A stretch of DNA of 64,000 nucleotides from Oligoflexales bacterium (GTDB taxonomy: Bacteria; Bdellovibrionota_B; Oligoflexia; Oligoflexales; CAIYRB01): contig JBGSUI010000059.1 in assembly GCA_041736175.1 (NCBI GenBank), positions 1 to 64,000 on the forward strand. Reading direction: 5' to 3'. How positions within the stretch are numbered: position 1 is the stretch's first letter; each line of letters starts with the position of its first letter. Made by a program: the position numbers and the translations under genes. The notes beneath the pieces are model-generated. The model did no database searches, was not told the DNA's origin, and was given only the letters and a program-made list of their open reading frames with translations. Positions 28,795 through 39,743 of the stretch are shown here, in pieces.

Positions 28795-28986
28795 TATGCT
28801 GCGTGGACCTGCCGTTGTCAATATTTTAAGCTCCTCCTCTGGGGCCAAAGAGGCTATAAACTTAAGACATTATTGAGAAACCAACATTTTAGCGTATAAA
28901 AATGTTGAAATAACAAATTCCAGTCGCTATGTAAGTGAGGCAAAAAAAATGAGTCGAAGGGGTTGCCATTGAGCGAACGGTCTTTT

Positions 28987-29646
28987 ATGCAGGACGAAAC
29001 AATCCAGTCTTACCTCGATGCTCTCGGCCACCATTCGCCAACACCCGGAGGTGGTGCTGCTGCGGCCCTAACCTTAGCACAAAGCTGTGCGCTCTACTGC
29101 ATGGCACTTAACGTAACCTTTCGCGACTTGGACCAGCCAATTCCTCTATCTACTTCGGTGTCACCAGTCATGAAAGGGCAAGCCAAGAGCGTTCGTGACG
29201 TTGTGCATAAAATAGAGGATTTTCGATGGGAATTTATCGTTATGGGCAATAAGGATATGGCTGTCTTTACCAAACTTATGGATGCCTACCAGCGCCCAAA
29301 GTCCACCGAAAAGGCAAAAGCCGCCCGCCAGAAACAAATTCAAAAGCAGACGATGGCTGCCTTGGATGTCTCATTGCAAATGGCAAAATTAGGGGTCGAT
29401 GTTGTGACCTGGGGTCAGTATGCTGTGTACCTCGCAAAACCAAATATTATTTCGGACAGCGCCATTGCCACCGAACTACTCGTGACAGGCGTCAAATGCG
29501 CACTCATCAATGCCAAAATCAATCTCAAATCCCTTGATGACGTGGATAAAAGACAGCAAAAAAGTGTAGAGATTCAATTGATCGAAGACAAATTATTGCC
29601 ATCGACCAATCCGCTGCGAGAATACTGCCAAAATTTGCTAGGCTAA
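28987..29646 (+). CDS. Cyclodeaminase/cyclohydrolase (FTCD C-terminal) family protein
   Basis: SPTPGGGAAAA, NIISD, NAKINL. Confidence 0.9.
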   Translation: MQDETIQSYLDALGHHSPTPGGGAAAALTLAQSCALYCMALNVTFRDLDQPIPLSTSVSPVMKGQAKSVRDVVHKIEDFRWEFIVMGNKDMAVFTKLMDAYQRPKSTEKAKAARQKQIQKQTMAALDVSLQMAKLGVDVVTWGQYAVYLAKPNIISDSAIATELLVTGVKCALINAKINLKSLDDVDKRQQKSVEIQLIEDKLLPSTNPLREYCQNLLG

Positions 29647-29723
29647 TTTGTGCGTGCTGCGATATCTGCTTTAAAATATTTTTCCAGACCACAATTCTGC
29701 GACAAAATCCACTCCGCATCTCC

Positions 29724-30050
29724 TTATTCTCCAGAAAATGAAGCAGCCCACTGCACCGAACTATCTCGGTTTTCCAAGTCAATGATCACTGGATATCCTT
29801 TTCTGATCTGCTTCACGGCATTTGCCACTGATATCAGGGCATAGTTGCCCCGTTTTTTAATGATACGACCCGCAGCAATCACCATGGCTTTATCATCTAG
29901 AAACCTCACTTTATCGCCGATGATTCCCTCTTCGACTTTAACCACACATTGATGCCCTTGGGTGGTACAGTTGTAGACCGTAGCACTCTCAGCCATACCT
30001 GTGGCACCCAGACCATAGATGACCACTAAAAATTGGATTAATCGTTTCAT
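29724..30050 (-). CDS. Small secreted hypothetical protein
   Basis: GAGG RBS and signal peptide MKRLIQFLVV...AESA. Confidence 0.7.
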   Translation of the reverse strand: MKRLIQFLVVIYGLGATGMAESATVYNCTTQGHQCVVKVEEGIIGDKVRFLDDKAMVIAAGRIIKKRGNYALISVANAVKQIRKGYPVIIDLENRDSSVQWAASFSGE

Positions 30051-30330
30051 AATTTCTACCTCAACATCAGCTTCAGCATTCAACTCGACTCAACTTGGGA
30101 TAGGGGAGAGACCCCTAAGCCTGGCTACAGCAAGATTGATGCCTGGGTCTAACCCTGAGAAATGCCCAACAACCCAAATGAAATGATTGAGAAAAACCTC
30201 TTCTTCAACCATAATCTCGACAGGTGTCAAAAAAATAGCCAGGTCTTATCAGTGTGATTCTCGTTTTTGGGTGGAGTTGAGTCAGGTCCTTCGGTTAAAG
30301 TCCAATCTCCATCGCGATAAGGAGCGACCC

Positions 30331-31479
30331 TTGGCCACATCAACTTCAGATTCCCAAAAGACACCGCTCTATGAAACCCACCTCAAATATCGTGCAAAGA
30401 TAGTCCCCTTTGGTGGCTGGGCTATGCCCGTAAGCTACGGCAGCGTGCTTAACGAGCACCATGCGGTCCGCAAGGATTGTGGGCTTTTTGATGTCAGTCA
30501 TATGGGTGAGCTCTTGGTGAGCGGGCCAAAGAGCCTGGAGTTTCTGCAACAACACACGATCAACGACCTCACCAAACTCTCTATAGGGGCCGGTCAATAC
30601 TCCGCGATCCTTAACGAGACCGGCGGCATGATCGACGACGTGATCGTTTACAGAGTCGCTTCTGAGGACTATTTTATCTGCGTCAACGCCTCTAATATTG
30701 ACAAAGATTTCCATTGGTTAAACACAAAATCCAAACCCTGGTCACAACGCCACCAAGTCCAAGTGGAAAACCAGTCGGACTCTTGGGGCCAACTTGCCAT
30801 CCAAGGACCTAAGGCAAACTTAGCTTTGGAGCCTCTCTTTGGAGCTGAAAAACTCGAAGACTTTCAATACATGCAGATCCGCGAGGTTTTATTTCGTGGA
30901 CAGCGGTGTCTGTTGGCGCGGACCGGCTATACGGGAGAGGTCGGGTTTGAGCTCTATGCTCCCCCGGGAGTTCTTCCCCAACTATGGGAAGAATTGATGG
31001 GCACCAGCAACCTTTCGGGTATTAAACCCATTGGCTTGGGTGCCCGCGACACCCTACGGCTAGAAGCCTGCTATCTCCTCTATGGCAATGATATGAACGA
31101 AGAAGTCTCTCCCCTTGAGGCTGGGATCGGGTGGGCCTGCAAGCTGGGTAAAGGGGTCTTTGTAGGCTCCGAGGCCCTTGTCGCCCAAAAGGCTGCGGGA
31201 TTAAAACGCCAAATCTTTGCCTTTAAGATGGTCGATGAGGGGATCCCCCGCCACGACATGCTGGCCTACTCTAAAGACGCCGCCCAGGGAACCACCCCAA
31301 AAGCTTTGGGTATGGTCACCAGTGGCTCCGTCTTGCCGACCGTTGGTGGTGCCGGAGGGATGGCTCTCTTAGACCCCCGTCACATCAAGGTGGGTGATCA
31401 GTTCTATGTGGATATCCGTGGCAAACTCAAGACAGCCCTTGTGGTCCCACGTCCCCTCTATAAAGCTAAGGTCAAATAA
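30331..31479 (+). CDS. gcvT: Glycine cleavage aminomethyltransferase T
   Basis: KTPLY, FDVSHMGE, RTGYTGEVGFE, GLGARDTLRLEA. TTG start after AAGGAG. Confidence 0.97.
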   Translation: MATSTSDSQKTPLYETHLKYRAKIVPFGGWAMPVSYGSVLNEHHAVRKDCGLFDVSHMGELLVSGPKSLEFLQQHTINDLTKLSIGAGQYSAILNETGGMIDDVIVYRVASEDYFICVNASNIDKDFHWLNTKSKPWSQRHQVQVENQSDSWGQLAIQGPKANLALEPLFGAEKLEDFQYMQIREVLFRGQRCLLARTGYTGEVGFELYAPPGVLPQLWEELMGTSNLSGIKPIGLGARDTLRLEACYLLYGNDMNEEVSPLEAGIGWACKLGKGVFVGSEALVAQKAAGLKRQIFAFKMVDEGIPRHDMLAYSKDAAQGTTPKALGMVTSGSVLPTVGGAGGMALLDPRHIKVGDQFYVDIRGKLKTALVVPRPLYKAKVK

Positions 31480-31525
31480 GTTTATTAAAGCTACTGCCAA
31501 GCGAAGGCTCAAAGAAAGGTTTTTC

Positions 31526-31915
31526 ATGAATTTCCCAAAAAATTTCAAGTACACCAAGGACCATGAGTGGATTGAACTCCAAGGCCAAATCGCTAAAGTA
31601 GGAGTGTCTGCCTACGCGATTGAACAGCTTGGCGATATCGTCCATATCGAACTCCCTAAATCTGGCACCACGTTTAAGGCCGGGGAGTCCTTCGGGACGA
31701 TTGAGTCCACCAAAACCGTTTCAGATCTTTATATGCCTGTGGCTGGAAAAATCTCAGAGGTCAACCAAGCCGCATTACAAAAACCTGAACTCCTCCAAGA
31801 AGACCCCTACCAACAGGGCTGGCTCGTCAAAATCGCTCTTGAAAAAGACACCTCTATCGCCGGTCTTTTTGGATCAGACGACTATGAAAAATACCTTCGC
31901 GAATCTGGTAGCTGA
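31526..31915 (+). CDS. gcvH: Glycine cleavage H protein
   Basis: YTKDHEW, the IESTKTVSD lipoyl site, DPYQQGW. Confidence 0.97.
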   Translation: MNFPKNFKYTKDHEWIELQGQIAKVGVSAYAIEQLGDIVHIELPKSGTTFKAGESFGTIESTKTVSDLYMPVAGKISEVNQAALQKPELLQEDPYQQGWLVKIALEKDTSIAGLFGSDDYEKYLRESGS

Positions 31916-31986
31916 GGTTTAAGGCGGAGGGTCTGGGAAGACCATAGTGCTAGGGACTATCGATTTAAAAGGACTTTTATAAGGAC

Positions 31987-34938
31987 ATGACGAAAAACTC
32001 TATGGTCACTCACGAATCAATCATCAACAACAGCGTCCCATTTGCAAAAAGACATATCGGCCCAACCTCCGCCGAACAAACCCATATGCTAAAGACCCTC
32101 GCCATGGAGTCCATGGAAGAGCTGATCAAGGCCACCATTCCGGACTCCATACGCTCTAAGCGCCCGTTAGCTCTCGCACCTGGGCTTTCCGAGCCAGAAG
32201 CTCTGGCAAGGATGAAGGAGTTGGCACAAAGGAACATTGTTTTTAAATCATATTTAGGTACCGGTTACTATGACTGCCATGTCCCGCCTGTCATCCAGCG
32301 CAATATTCTCGAAAATCCTGGATGGTATACCCAATACACTCCCTACCAAGCAGAAATCTCCCAGGGCCGGCTTGAGGCTCTCCTCAATTTCCAAACTCTT
32401 GTAAGCGATCTGACGGGGCTTCCTATAGCCAACGCCTCCCTCCTCGACGAGCCCACTGCTGCTGCTGAGGCCATGACTTTATGTTTTGCTCACCAAACGG
32501 AAGCCACTCACCAAGTGTTTTGGGTCTCCCACAATGTTCACCCCCAGACCCTCGCCGTGCTCCAAACCCGTGCGGAACCCCTCGGAATCGAGGTATTGAC
32601 CATTGATTTCGCCCAAAATACACAGGTCACTGACAAGCTTCCTTTTGGTGCCTTGATACAATACCCTGGTTCGGATGGAGCGGTGATCGATCATTCCATT
32701 TTGATTTCCGAGCTTAAAACCAAAGGTGTAATGATCGCAGTAGCCACTGATCTCTTGGCACTGACTCTTTTAAAGAGCCCGGGTGAGCTTGGTGCTGACA
32801 TCGCCCTTGGCAGTGCCCAAAGACTGGGTGTCCCCTTAGGATTTGGTGGACCCCATGCCGCTTTTTTTGCCACAAAAGACGAGTTGAAAAGAAAAATCCC
32901 CGGTCGGTTGATCGGCGTCTCCAAAGACACCACAGATCAGCCTGCACTCCGCATGTCTCTCCAAACCCGCGAGCAACATATCAGGCGTGAAAAGGCCACG
33001 AGTAATATCTGCACCTCTCAGGTCCTCCTAGCGATCATGAACAGCATGTATGCGATCTATCACGGACCTGAAGGACTCAAAAACATCGCTAAAAGAGTCC
33101 ATAGTCTCACCACGATATTAGCGAAAGCCTTGACGGCCCATAGCTTCAAACTCGTCAACGATACTTGGTTTGATACCATTTCTGTGGATTTATCCAAATC
33201 GTCTGTAAGTTTAGACCTCTTACACACCAGAGCCGAAGCTGCGGAAATCAATCTGCGCTATCCTTCGGACCAAAGCTCTTCCCAGATCGTTGGGATCTCC
33301 CTCGATGAGACCACGACCCTTGGTCACATTTGCGACCTGGTGATGGTTTTTACAGGGACAAATGAGGAATCTCGAGCCCAGGTTCAGACCCAGATCAATG
33401 GCTTGGTCTACCAACCCTTCGAATACCGGTTTAGCGGGAGATTAGTGCGGATGAGTCCTTATTTGACACATCCCGTGTTTCACCAACACCAATCCGAAAC
33501 GCAAATGCTGCGCTATATACGTCATCTCGAGTCCAAGGATCTCTCCCTGACTCGGTCGATGATCCCCCTGGGTTCTTGTACGATGAAACTCAATGCAACA
33601 GCCGAGCTTTTCCCTATTTCCTGGCCCGAGTGGAATGGTATCCACCCCCATGCTCCCCAAGTTCAATTAGACGGCTATTTTGAGCTATTCCGGGAATTGG
33701 AATCCAGCCTTGCAGAATGCACGGGGTTTGATGCTGTCTCGTTACAGCCTAACTCAGGGGCCCAAGGTGAGTATGCTGGACTCCTGGCGATCAGAAAATA
33801 CCACCTCAGCCGTGGAGAGTCCCACCGCACGGTTTGTCTTATCCCTAAGTCCGCCCATGGCACTAATCCCGCAAGTGCCGTTATGGCTGGGATGAGGGTG
33901 ATCATTGTGGATTGCGATAAATCTGGGAATATCGACCTCGATGATCTCACGGCCAAAGCAAAGGAGCATAAAGCAAACCTTGCGGCTTTGATGATTACCT
34001 ATCCATCCACCCACGGTGTGTTTGAAGATCATGTGCGCGCGATCTGCGACCACATCCATGACAACGGTGGATTGGTCTATATGGACGGCGCCAACCTCAA
34101 TGCCCAGGTCGGCCTATGTCGTCCAGGAGAGTTTGGCCCTGATGTCTGCCACCTCAACCTCCATAAGACTTTTTGTATACCCCATGGTGGAGGTGGTCCG
34201 GGTATGGGCCCTATCGCTGTCAAAAAGCACTTAGCGCCTTTTTTACCAGGGCACCCCCTTGCTGAGCCTTGGGAAAAATGGCCATCTGAGTCCTTAGGAA
34301 CCGTCTCGGGAGCCCCTTGGGGCAGTGCAAGCATCCTTCCGATATCGATGATGTATATCTGGATGATGGGAGGCCCCGGCTTGACCCAAGCCACCCAGGT
34401 GGCCATATTAAACGCCAACTATATCGCTCACCGCCTCCACCCCCATTACCCTGTGCTCTATCGAGGGGCTTCTGGTCGAGTAGCCCATGAGTGTATTATT
34501 GATCTGAGACCCCTTAAGGCTAAAACAGGTGTCGAGGTCGAGGACGTTGCGAAAAGACTTATGGACTATGGATTTCATGCTCCCACGGTATCCTTTCCTG
34601 TGGTGGGGACTCTTATGATCGAACCCACTGAAAGCGAATCCCTCAAAGAACTCGACCGGTTTTGTGAGGCCATGATCTCTATTCGCCAAGAAATCGCTGA
34701 AATTGAGCAAGGAACCTTTGATAAAGTTAACAACGTCCTTAAACACGCTCCCCATACCCAGCAGCTGGTTGTGGCGAGTTCCTGGGATCGTCCTTACTCT
34801 CGAGAAAAGGCGGCCTTTCCTTTGGAATGGGTAAAGACCACAAAATTCTGGCCCTCTGTTTCGAGAATCGACTCTGCTTATGGCGATAGAAATCTGGTGT
34901 GTACCTGTCCGCATTTGACGAGCTACGAAGGGATCTAG
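31987..34938 (+). CDS. gcvP: Glycine dehydrogenase (decarboxylating) P protein
   Basis: [40 protein letters not shown]. Confidence 0.98.
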   Translation: MTKNSMVTHESIINNSVPFAKRHIGPTSAEQTHMLKTLAMESMEELIKATIPDSIRSKRPLALAPGLSEPEALARMKELAQRNIVFKSYLGTGYYDCHVPPVIQRNILENPGWYTQYTPYQAEISQGRLEALLNFQTLVSDLTGLPIANASLLDEPTAAAEAMTLCFAHQTEATHQVFWVSHNVHPQTLAVLQTRAEPLGIEVLTIDFAQNTQVTDKLPFGALIQYPGSDGAVIDHSILISELKTKGVMIAVATDLLALTLLKSPGELGADIALGSAQRLGVPLGFGGPHAAFFATKDELKRKIPGRLIGVSKDTTDQPALRMSLQTREQHIRREKATSNICTSQVLLAIMNSMYAIYHGPEGLKNIAKRVHSLTTILAKALTAHSFKLVNDTWFDTISVDLSKSSVSLDLLHTRAEAAEINLRYPSDQSSSQIVGISLDETTTLGHICDLVMVFTGTNEESRAQVQTQINGLVYQPFEYRFSGRLVRMSPYLTHPVFHQHQSETQMLRYIRHLESKDLSLTRSMIPLGSCTMKLNATAELFPISWPEWNGIHPHAPQVQLDGYFELFRELESSLAECTGFDAVSLQPNSGAQGEYAGLLAIRKYHLSRGESHRTVCLIPKSAHGTNPASAVMAGMRVIIVDCDKSGNIDLDDLTAKAKEHKANLAALMITYPSTHGVFEDHVRAICDHIHDNGGLVYMDGANLNAQVGLCRPGEFGPDVCHLNLHKTFCIPHGGGGPGMGPIAVKKHLAPFLPGHPLAEPWEKWPSESLGTVSGAPWGSASILPISMMYIWMMGGPGLTQATQVAILNANYIAHRLHPHYPVLYRGASGRVAHECIIDLRPLKAKTGVEVEDVAKRLMDYGFHAPTVSFPVVGTLMIEPTESESLKELDRFCEAMISIRQEIAEIEQGTFDKVNNVLKHAPHTQQLVVASSWDRPYSREKAAFPLEWVKTTKFWPSVSRIDSAYGDRNLVCTCPHLTSYEGI

Positions 34939-34939
34939 G

Positions 34940-35662
34940 ATGATCAAATTAGAAGCCCGAAATCTTGAGCGATGGTTTAAAAATCGTCAAGTCGTCAAAG
35001 GGGCTTCTTTTTCGGTTTCTACCCGCGAGGTCGTCGGGCTTCTGGGCCCAAACGGAGCAGGCAAAACCACCAGTTTTTACATGGTGGTCGGGCTTCTCTA
35101 TCCTACCCGTGGCCAAGTCTTTATGGACGACGAAAATATCACTGACCTACCGATGCATATTCGTGCTCGCAAAGGTATCAGTTATCTCCCCCAAAATATG
35201 TCTATTTTCCGAAAAATGAGCGTCGAAGACAACCTCATCAGCGTCATGGAGATTTGCAAGGTTCCAAGATCAGAAAGGTCTAACTTATTAGAAGAATTAC
35301 TCTATAAGTTTCAAATCAAACATATTGCTAAATCCATGGGCGCTGCTCTATCCGGTGGGGAACGACGTCGAGTGGAGATCGCTCGGGCCTTGATTATCAA
35401 GCCTAAATTTCTCCTCCTTGACGAGCCCTTTGCTGGAATCGACCCCATGACGGTGTCTGAGATCCAAGGAATTATCAGTAATCTTAGAAACGATGGTCTC
35501 GGCGTCCTCATCACGGATCACAACGTCAGGGAAACCCTTGGGGCCTGTGATCGGGCTTATATTTTATCTGGTGGGCAGATTATCGCCCACGGGAGTCCTG
35601 AAGAAATTGCCAACAATCAAACGGTAAAAGAAACCTATCTAGGTGAAAATTTTAAACTTTAA
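34940..35662 (+). CDS. lptB: LPS export ABC transporter ATPase
   Basis: GPNGAGKTT, LSGGERRRVEIAR, DEPFAGIDP, ITDHNVRETL. Confidence 0.96.
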   Translation: MIKLEARNLERWFKNRQVVKGASFSVSTREVVGLLGPNGAGKTTSFYMVVGLLYPTRGQVFMDDENITDLPMHIRARKGISYLPQNMSIFRKMSVEDNLISVMEICKVPRSERSNLLEELLYKFQIKHIAKSMGAALSGGERRRVEIARALIIKPKFLLLDEPFAGIDPMTVSEIQGIISNLRNDGLGVLITDHNVRETLGACDRAYILSGGQIIAHGSPEEIANNQTVKETYLGENFKL

Positions 35663-35990
35663 TCCTAAATGCCTCTCTCTTGCTGGCAAGATCTCCTCCG
35701 TTATACCTGGACTAACAGTTTTTTTGTTTTTTCAAAAAATCCATGCCAAAAATAAACATCAATGTAATTGGAGTGTTGATATCATTTTGAGTGTTTTGTG
35801 AGATTTTTTTTTAAAAAAAAGGTTGGACTTTCCTTATGGTCCTGCCAGTTGGAGCCGATTAGGGAGATGAAGGTGGTCATCGTGAACACCCTATGGTTTG
35901 GGATTTTTTGCATATCGCTGTACCCTCACAATATTATAGTAGTAGTGCTATAGGGTATCAGTGCTACTAAAATGGAATTGACAAGGAACT

Positions 35991-37457
35991 ATGGCTTACG
36001 AAATCAAATTTGGATTAAAACAGCAGCAGCATCTCTTGATGACTCCACAGCTGCAACAAGCCATAAAGCTCCTGCAGCTTTCGAGGATGGAGCTTGAGCA
36101 GTATGTTTCCCAACAGATTGCTGAAAATCCTTGCCTCGAAGAAGGCCAACTAGAATCTCCCGAAGAACTTGCAGCTGTCGATCGCGAAAGAGAGCGTACA
36201 GAGGAACAAGTCGTCAATGAATCCATCCGTGAAGCCACCAACATCGTAGACTCTGCTGGGGGAGATGATCGAAACGATTTTGACTGGGATCAGTCCTCAA
36301 AAATGCATGAGCATTCGCCTTCGTCCATCAGAAAACAAAATTCTAACGATGAAGAACTTCCCAATTACGAAAATATGGTTTCTAAGGCTAATACCCTTCA
36401 GGAATATTTGATGATGCAGATTGGCGAGCTTGATTTCTCTGATCAAGAGATCACCATAGCCAATATGCTGATTGGCAACATTGACGATCGCGGCTACCTG
36501 CTTGTCGGCACTAAAGAGTTGGCAGATAGTGAAAATTTCGACTTAGACATGGTGGAAGATATCCTTGATACGGTGCAACGGCTCGATCCTCCGGGAGTCG
36601 GAGCTCGAGATCTCAAGGAATGCCTCTTACTCCAAGTGAGGAACTCTCACCTTAAAAATGGTGTGATCGAAAAGATCATCGCTAATCACCTCCCTGAGCT
36701 TGAAAACCACAACTTTGCGGTGATTGCCAAAGCACTCAAAGTAACCCAGGATGTGGTGATTGAAAATTATCAGATGATCTCCGAACTGGAACCTGTGCCT
36801 GGACGCCAATTTGGCGCTAACGATGCCCAATATATTATTCCTGACGTCTATATTTTTAAACTTGGTGGTGAATGGATGATCAACCTCAACGAGGATGGTT
36901 TGCCCAAGTTAAAGGTCAGTGATTTTTATCAAGGGGTCATTACAGATAAAAAATCTAAATCCGACGACAAAAACTACCTTATGGAAAAAGTAAAGGCTGC
37001 TGAATGGTTGATAAAGTCGATTAGACAGCGGCAGCGAACCATTTTTAGGGTGACTGAAAGTATCATTAAGAGACAGCGAGATTTTTTTGAATTCGGCGTA
37101 GAACATCTAAAGCCCATGATCTTAAAGGATGTTGCCGAAGATATTGGGATGCATGAGTCTACGATTTCCCGGGTGACCAACAACAAATACGCCCATACCC
37201 CGCGCGGTGTCTTCGAGCTTAAGTACTTTTTCAATAGCTCTGTGACCCGGTCTAATGGCCAAGACGTTGCCAGCGAGTCTGTGAAAAGGATGATTTTTGA
37301 GCTGGTCAAAGTGGAAGATGTCAAACAACCTTTGTCCGATCAAAGAATCGTTGAAATTCTCGAAGAGCGGGGCATCCAACTCGCCCGGAGAACAGTTGCT
37401 AAATATCGTGAACAACTCCATATTCTTCCATCAAACAGGCGCAAAAAATATTTTTGA
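35991..37457 (+). CDS. rpoN: RNA polymerase sigma-54 factor
   Basis: MTPQLQQAIKLLQL, HESTISR, and the RpoN box ARRTVAKYRE. Confidence 0.98.
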   Translation: MAYEIKFGLKQQQHLLMTPQLQQAIKLLQLSRMELEQYVSQQIAENPCLEEGQLESPEELAAVDRERERTEEQVVNESIREATNIVDSAGGDDRNDFDWDQSSKMHEHSPSSIRKQNSNDEELPNYENMVSKANTLQEYLMMQIGELDFSDQEITIANMLIGNIDDRGYLLVGTKELADSENFDLDMVEDILDTVQRLDPPGVGARDLKECLLLQVRNSHLKNGVIEKIIANHLPELENHNFAVIAKALKVTQDVVIENYQMISELEPVPGRQFGANDAQYIIPDVYIFKLGGEWMINLNEDGLPKLKVSDFYQGVITDKKSKSDDKNYLMEKVKAAEWLIKSIRQRQRTIFRVTESIIKRQRDFFEFGVEHLKPMILKDVAEDIGMHESTISRVTNNKYAHTPRGVFELKYFFNSSVTRSNGQDVASESVKRMIFELVKVEDVKQPLSDQRIVEILEERGIQLARRTVAKYREQLHILPSNRRKKYF

Positions 37458-37478
37458 GCCCTAAAAGGGAAAAGTTCG

Positions 37479-38360
37479 GTGTCAAAAGAATCTGTTCTAG
37501 TGATCGTTACGGGACTTTCTGGCGCTGGAAACTCGACTGCTTTGCATGCACTCGCCGATGCTGGAATGTATTGCATCGACAATCTTCCCATGGAGCTCTT
37601 AGAACCCACGATTCAGCTTTTCGAATCGGGCCGCATCAAAGCGCCCCATGGTTTGGCCCTGTGCATGGATATTCGCAACCCACACTTTGCAAGCACCTTT
37701 CCAGCTCTTAAAAAAAAGTTGATGGAACGTATCGGATTGGATGTGATTTTTTTAAAGGCCACTGACCAGTCTATTGCTACCCGTTTTAGCACGACAAGAC
37801 GAAAACATCCCCTATTGGAGTCGGGGGAATCACTGGTCGAGGCTATCGAAAGAGAGCGCGATCTACTGTCTCCAGTCGAAGAAGCCTCTGACCTGGTCCT
37901 CGACACATCGAGCTGGTCTCCCCAGCAACTCTCAAAAATCCTAGAAACCCGCTACTCCAATCTGGTGATTGGCCGCCAACTCCATATCGTGATCACGAGT
38001 TTTGGCTTTAAATATGGAGCCTCTGACCAGTCTGATATGATGTTTGACCTCCGCTTTTTAACCAATCCCTTTTTTGTACCTGCACTTCGTAAGAAAAGCG
38101 GTTTGGATGTCGAAGTTAAAAACTATTTATTTTCTCAGGAAAAGACTCAAATTATTTTGAAAAAAATCGAGGACATGCTCCGTTTCTTGATTCCACTTTA
38201 CTACGAAGAAGGGCGCCACTACCTCCGGATAGGGATCGGCTGTACCGGTGGCAGACATCGGAGTGTATGTCTTGCCGAAGCACTCGGCAGCGCTTTTTTG
38301 TCCAATTCCGTACCTAATACCATTGTGACCATCATTCACCGAGATATTGATCGTGGGTGA
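37479..38360 (+). CDS. rapZ: RNase adapter RapZ
   Basis: TGLSGAG, CIDNLP, SFGFKYG, GCTGGRHRSV. Confidence 0.95.
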   Translation: MSKESVLVIVTGLSGAGNSTALHALADAGMYCIDNLPMELLEPTIQLFESGRIKAPHGLALCMDIRNPHFASTFPALKKKLMERIGLDVIFLKATDQSIATRFSTTRRKHPLLESGESLVEAIERERDLLSPVEEASDLVLDTSSWSPQQLSKILETRYSNLVIGRQLHIVITSFGFKYGASDQSDMMFDLRFLTNPFFVPALRKKSGLDVEVKNYLFSQEKTQIILKKIEDMLRFLIPLYYEEGRHYLRIGIGCTGGRHRSVCLAEALGSAFLSNSVPNTIVTIIHRDIDRG

Positions 38361-38387
38361 TTGTTGGATATTTTGAGAAAATCACTT

Positions 38388-39080
38388 TTAGGGGCTAGGT
38401 GATACTTCCCCTGCAACACGATCAGCCTTGATCCACCCCGAGTCCAGTTCGTAGGTGATCTTTTTGCCTTTGATCGTGCTATTTTGACCCTTTTTGATCT
38501 TGGCATTGCCCTCAAGGAGCACCACTCGGTCTTCGTTATTGAACAGCACCTGATTGCCAAAAGCTTCGATTCGTTCCCCTGTGTTGGGATCGATATTGGT
38601 GATCTTGACCGGTTGGCCGATGGCGAGGACTTTTTGTACGTCGCGACTGTGTTCGCTAAAGTAGAGCTTAGCGTTTTCGGCCTCTAGTTTGAACTCCCCT
38701 TGGGTGACCACCACCTCCTGCACAAGCTCCACAAGGCCTTTTTCCCTCAGCCCTTTGAACCCTAGGCTAGTGAAGTGGACAGGAAGCTTCTCCTGAGGTT
38801 CTGAGGTGGCTGGCTTGACGCCTTTAGGACTGCTTTTGGGTTTTCCTGGGGGCTCTTTTGAAGGGGGCTTTTTAACAGGCGCCTCTTTGGGGGCAACTTT
38901 CCCTGGAGTAGGTTTCGCTGGCGTAGGGTTCGCCTCCGTAGGAGTCTGTGGCTTTACGGCCGGCAAAGGCGTGTCTTCGTCGATGATCTCACCAAAAACG
39001 GGTCGCGGTTGGACACCTAAAACCAATAGGATCCCCATGGGAAGTAAAGCTCTAACCAATCTATTTTGGACTTTCATCAA
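38388..39080 (-). CDS. lptA: LptA/OstA family protein
   Basis: Signal peptide, Pro/Lys linker, VVVTQG...LEGNAKI...GKKITY; follows lptC. Confidence 0.85.
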   Translation of the reverse strand: MMKVQNRLVRALLPMGILLVLGVQPRPVFGEIIDEDTPLPAVKPQTPTEANPTPAKPTPGKVAPKEAPVKKPPSKEPPGKPKSSPKGVKPATSEPQEKLPVHFTSLGFKGLREKGLVELVQEVVVTQGEFKLEAENAKLYFSEHSRDVQKVLAIGQPVKITNIDPNTGERIEAFGNQVLFNNEDRVVLLEGNAKIKKGQNSTIKGKKITYELDSGWIKADRVAGEVSPSP

Positions 39081-39651
39081 CAGTCGTCACTCCCTTAACC
39101 CGACCATTTATCTCCAACATCTCGGTGGTCAAACTATAGATAAAGCCACCTTCTCCCTCAAAATATCGACCTGGGCCATTGACCTGGACGGGCTTTGACG
39201 ATCGTATCATATTCTCTCTTTGGATATATTCTGCATAATCAGTGGTTAAAACATGGTCCTTAAATCCTACTTGGACAAACCCCGTTAGCTCCGCCCGGTC
39301 AAGCTCCGCCTCTTGGCTCATCAAATTGCTGAGACTCGTCGTCCTTAAATAGACCATCGCTTGATTCGATCGCATGGTTTCCTTGGCGGCTTCGGAGTAT
39401 TTTTCTGCTTGTACATCACCCTCAAGCTCCATGATATTCGGCTCGATATAGTGACCTTTTTTTGCTGAGATCTTTGCTACTAGAGTGCCATCTTCATAAT
39501 TTAAGGTCGTAAACCCCTGTATGATCACCCGGTGATCGTTGACTTTATTGGCGATCGTTTCCCGTAAAGCTTTTTTCTCTCTTGTCAGAAAAACGCCCGT
39601 CGCGATACCAAAGCAAATAATCAGGATTAAAGCTGCAAGCTTACGCCCCAG
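39061..39651 (-). CDS. lptC: LPS export protein LptC (probable CTG start)
   Basis: The frame is open upstream of GTG 39528 through a TM helix (KLAALILIICFGIATGVFL) to CTG 39651, 7 nt after AGGAGG. Lies between kdsD and lptA. Confidence 0.75.
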   Translation of the reverse strand: MGRKLAALILIICFGIATGVFLTREKKALRETIANKVNDHRVIIQGFTTLNYEDGTLVAKISAKKGHYIEPNIMELEGDVQAEKYSEAAKETMRSNQAMVYLRTTSLSNLMSQEAELDRAELTGFVQVGFKDHVLTTDYAEYIQRENMIRSSKPVQVNGPGRYFEGEGGFIYSLTTEMLEINGRVKGVTTVDESPK

Positions 39652-39743
39652 GGTGCACCCTCCTTTTTGACCCCATTCGATCTCAGTCCCTATTATAGCT
39701 TAAGGACACCTAAGCGTCTGTCCGTTCGAATCATTATGTTTGA

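Noticed and set aside
30090..30330. Glycine riboswitch upstream of gcvT
   Set aside because: GGAGAG is present, but I could not find the CCGAAG or CTCTCAGG core motifs. A CCTGGCTA/TAGCCAGG pairing alone is insufficient. An Rfam scan would settle it.
35880..35990. Sigma-54 promoter upstream of rpoN
   Set aside because: I found no correctly spaced GG-N10-GC motif. Only a weak TAGTAG/CTACTA repeat is present.
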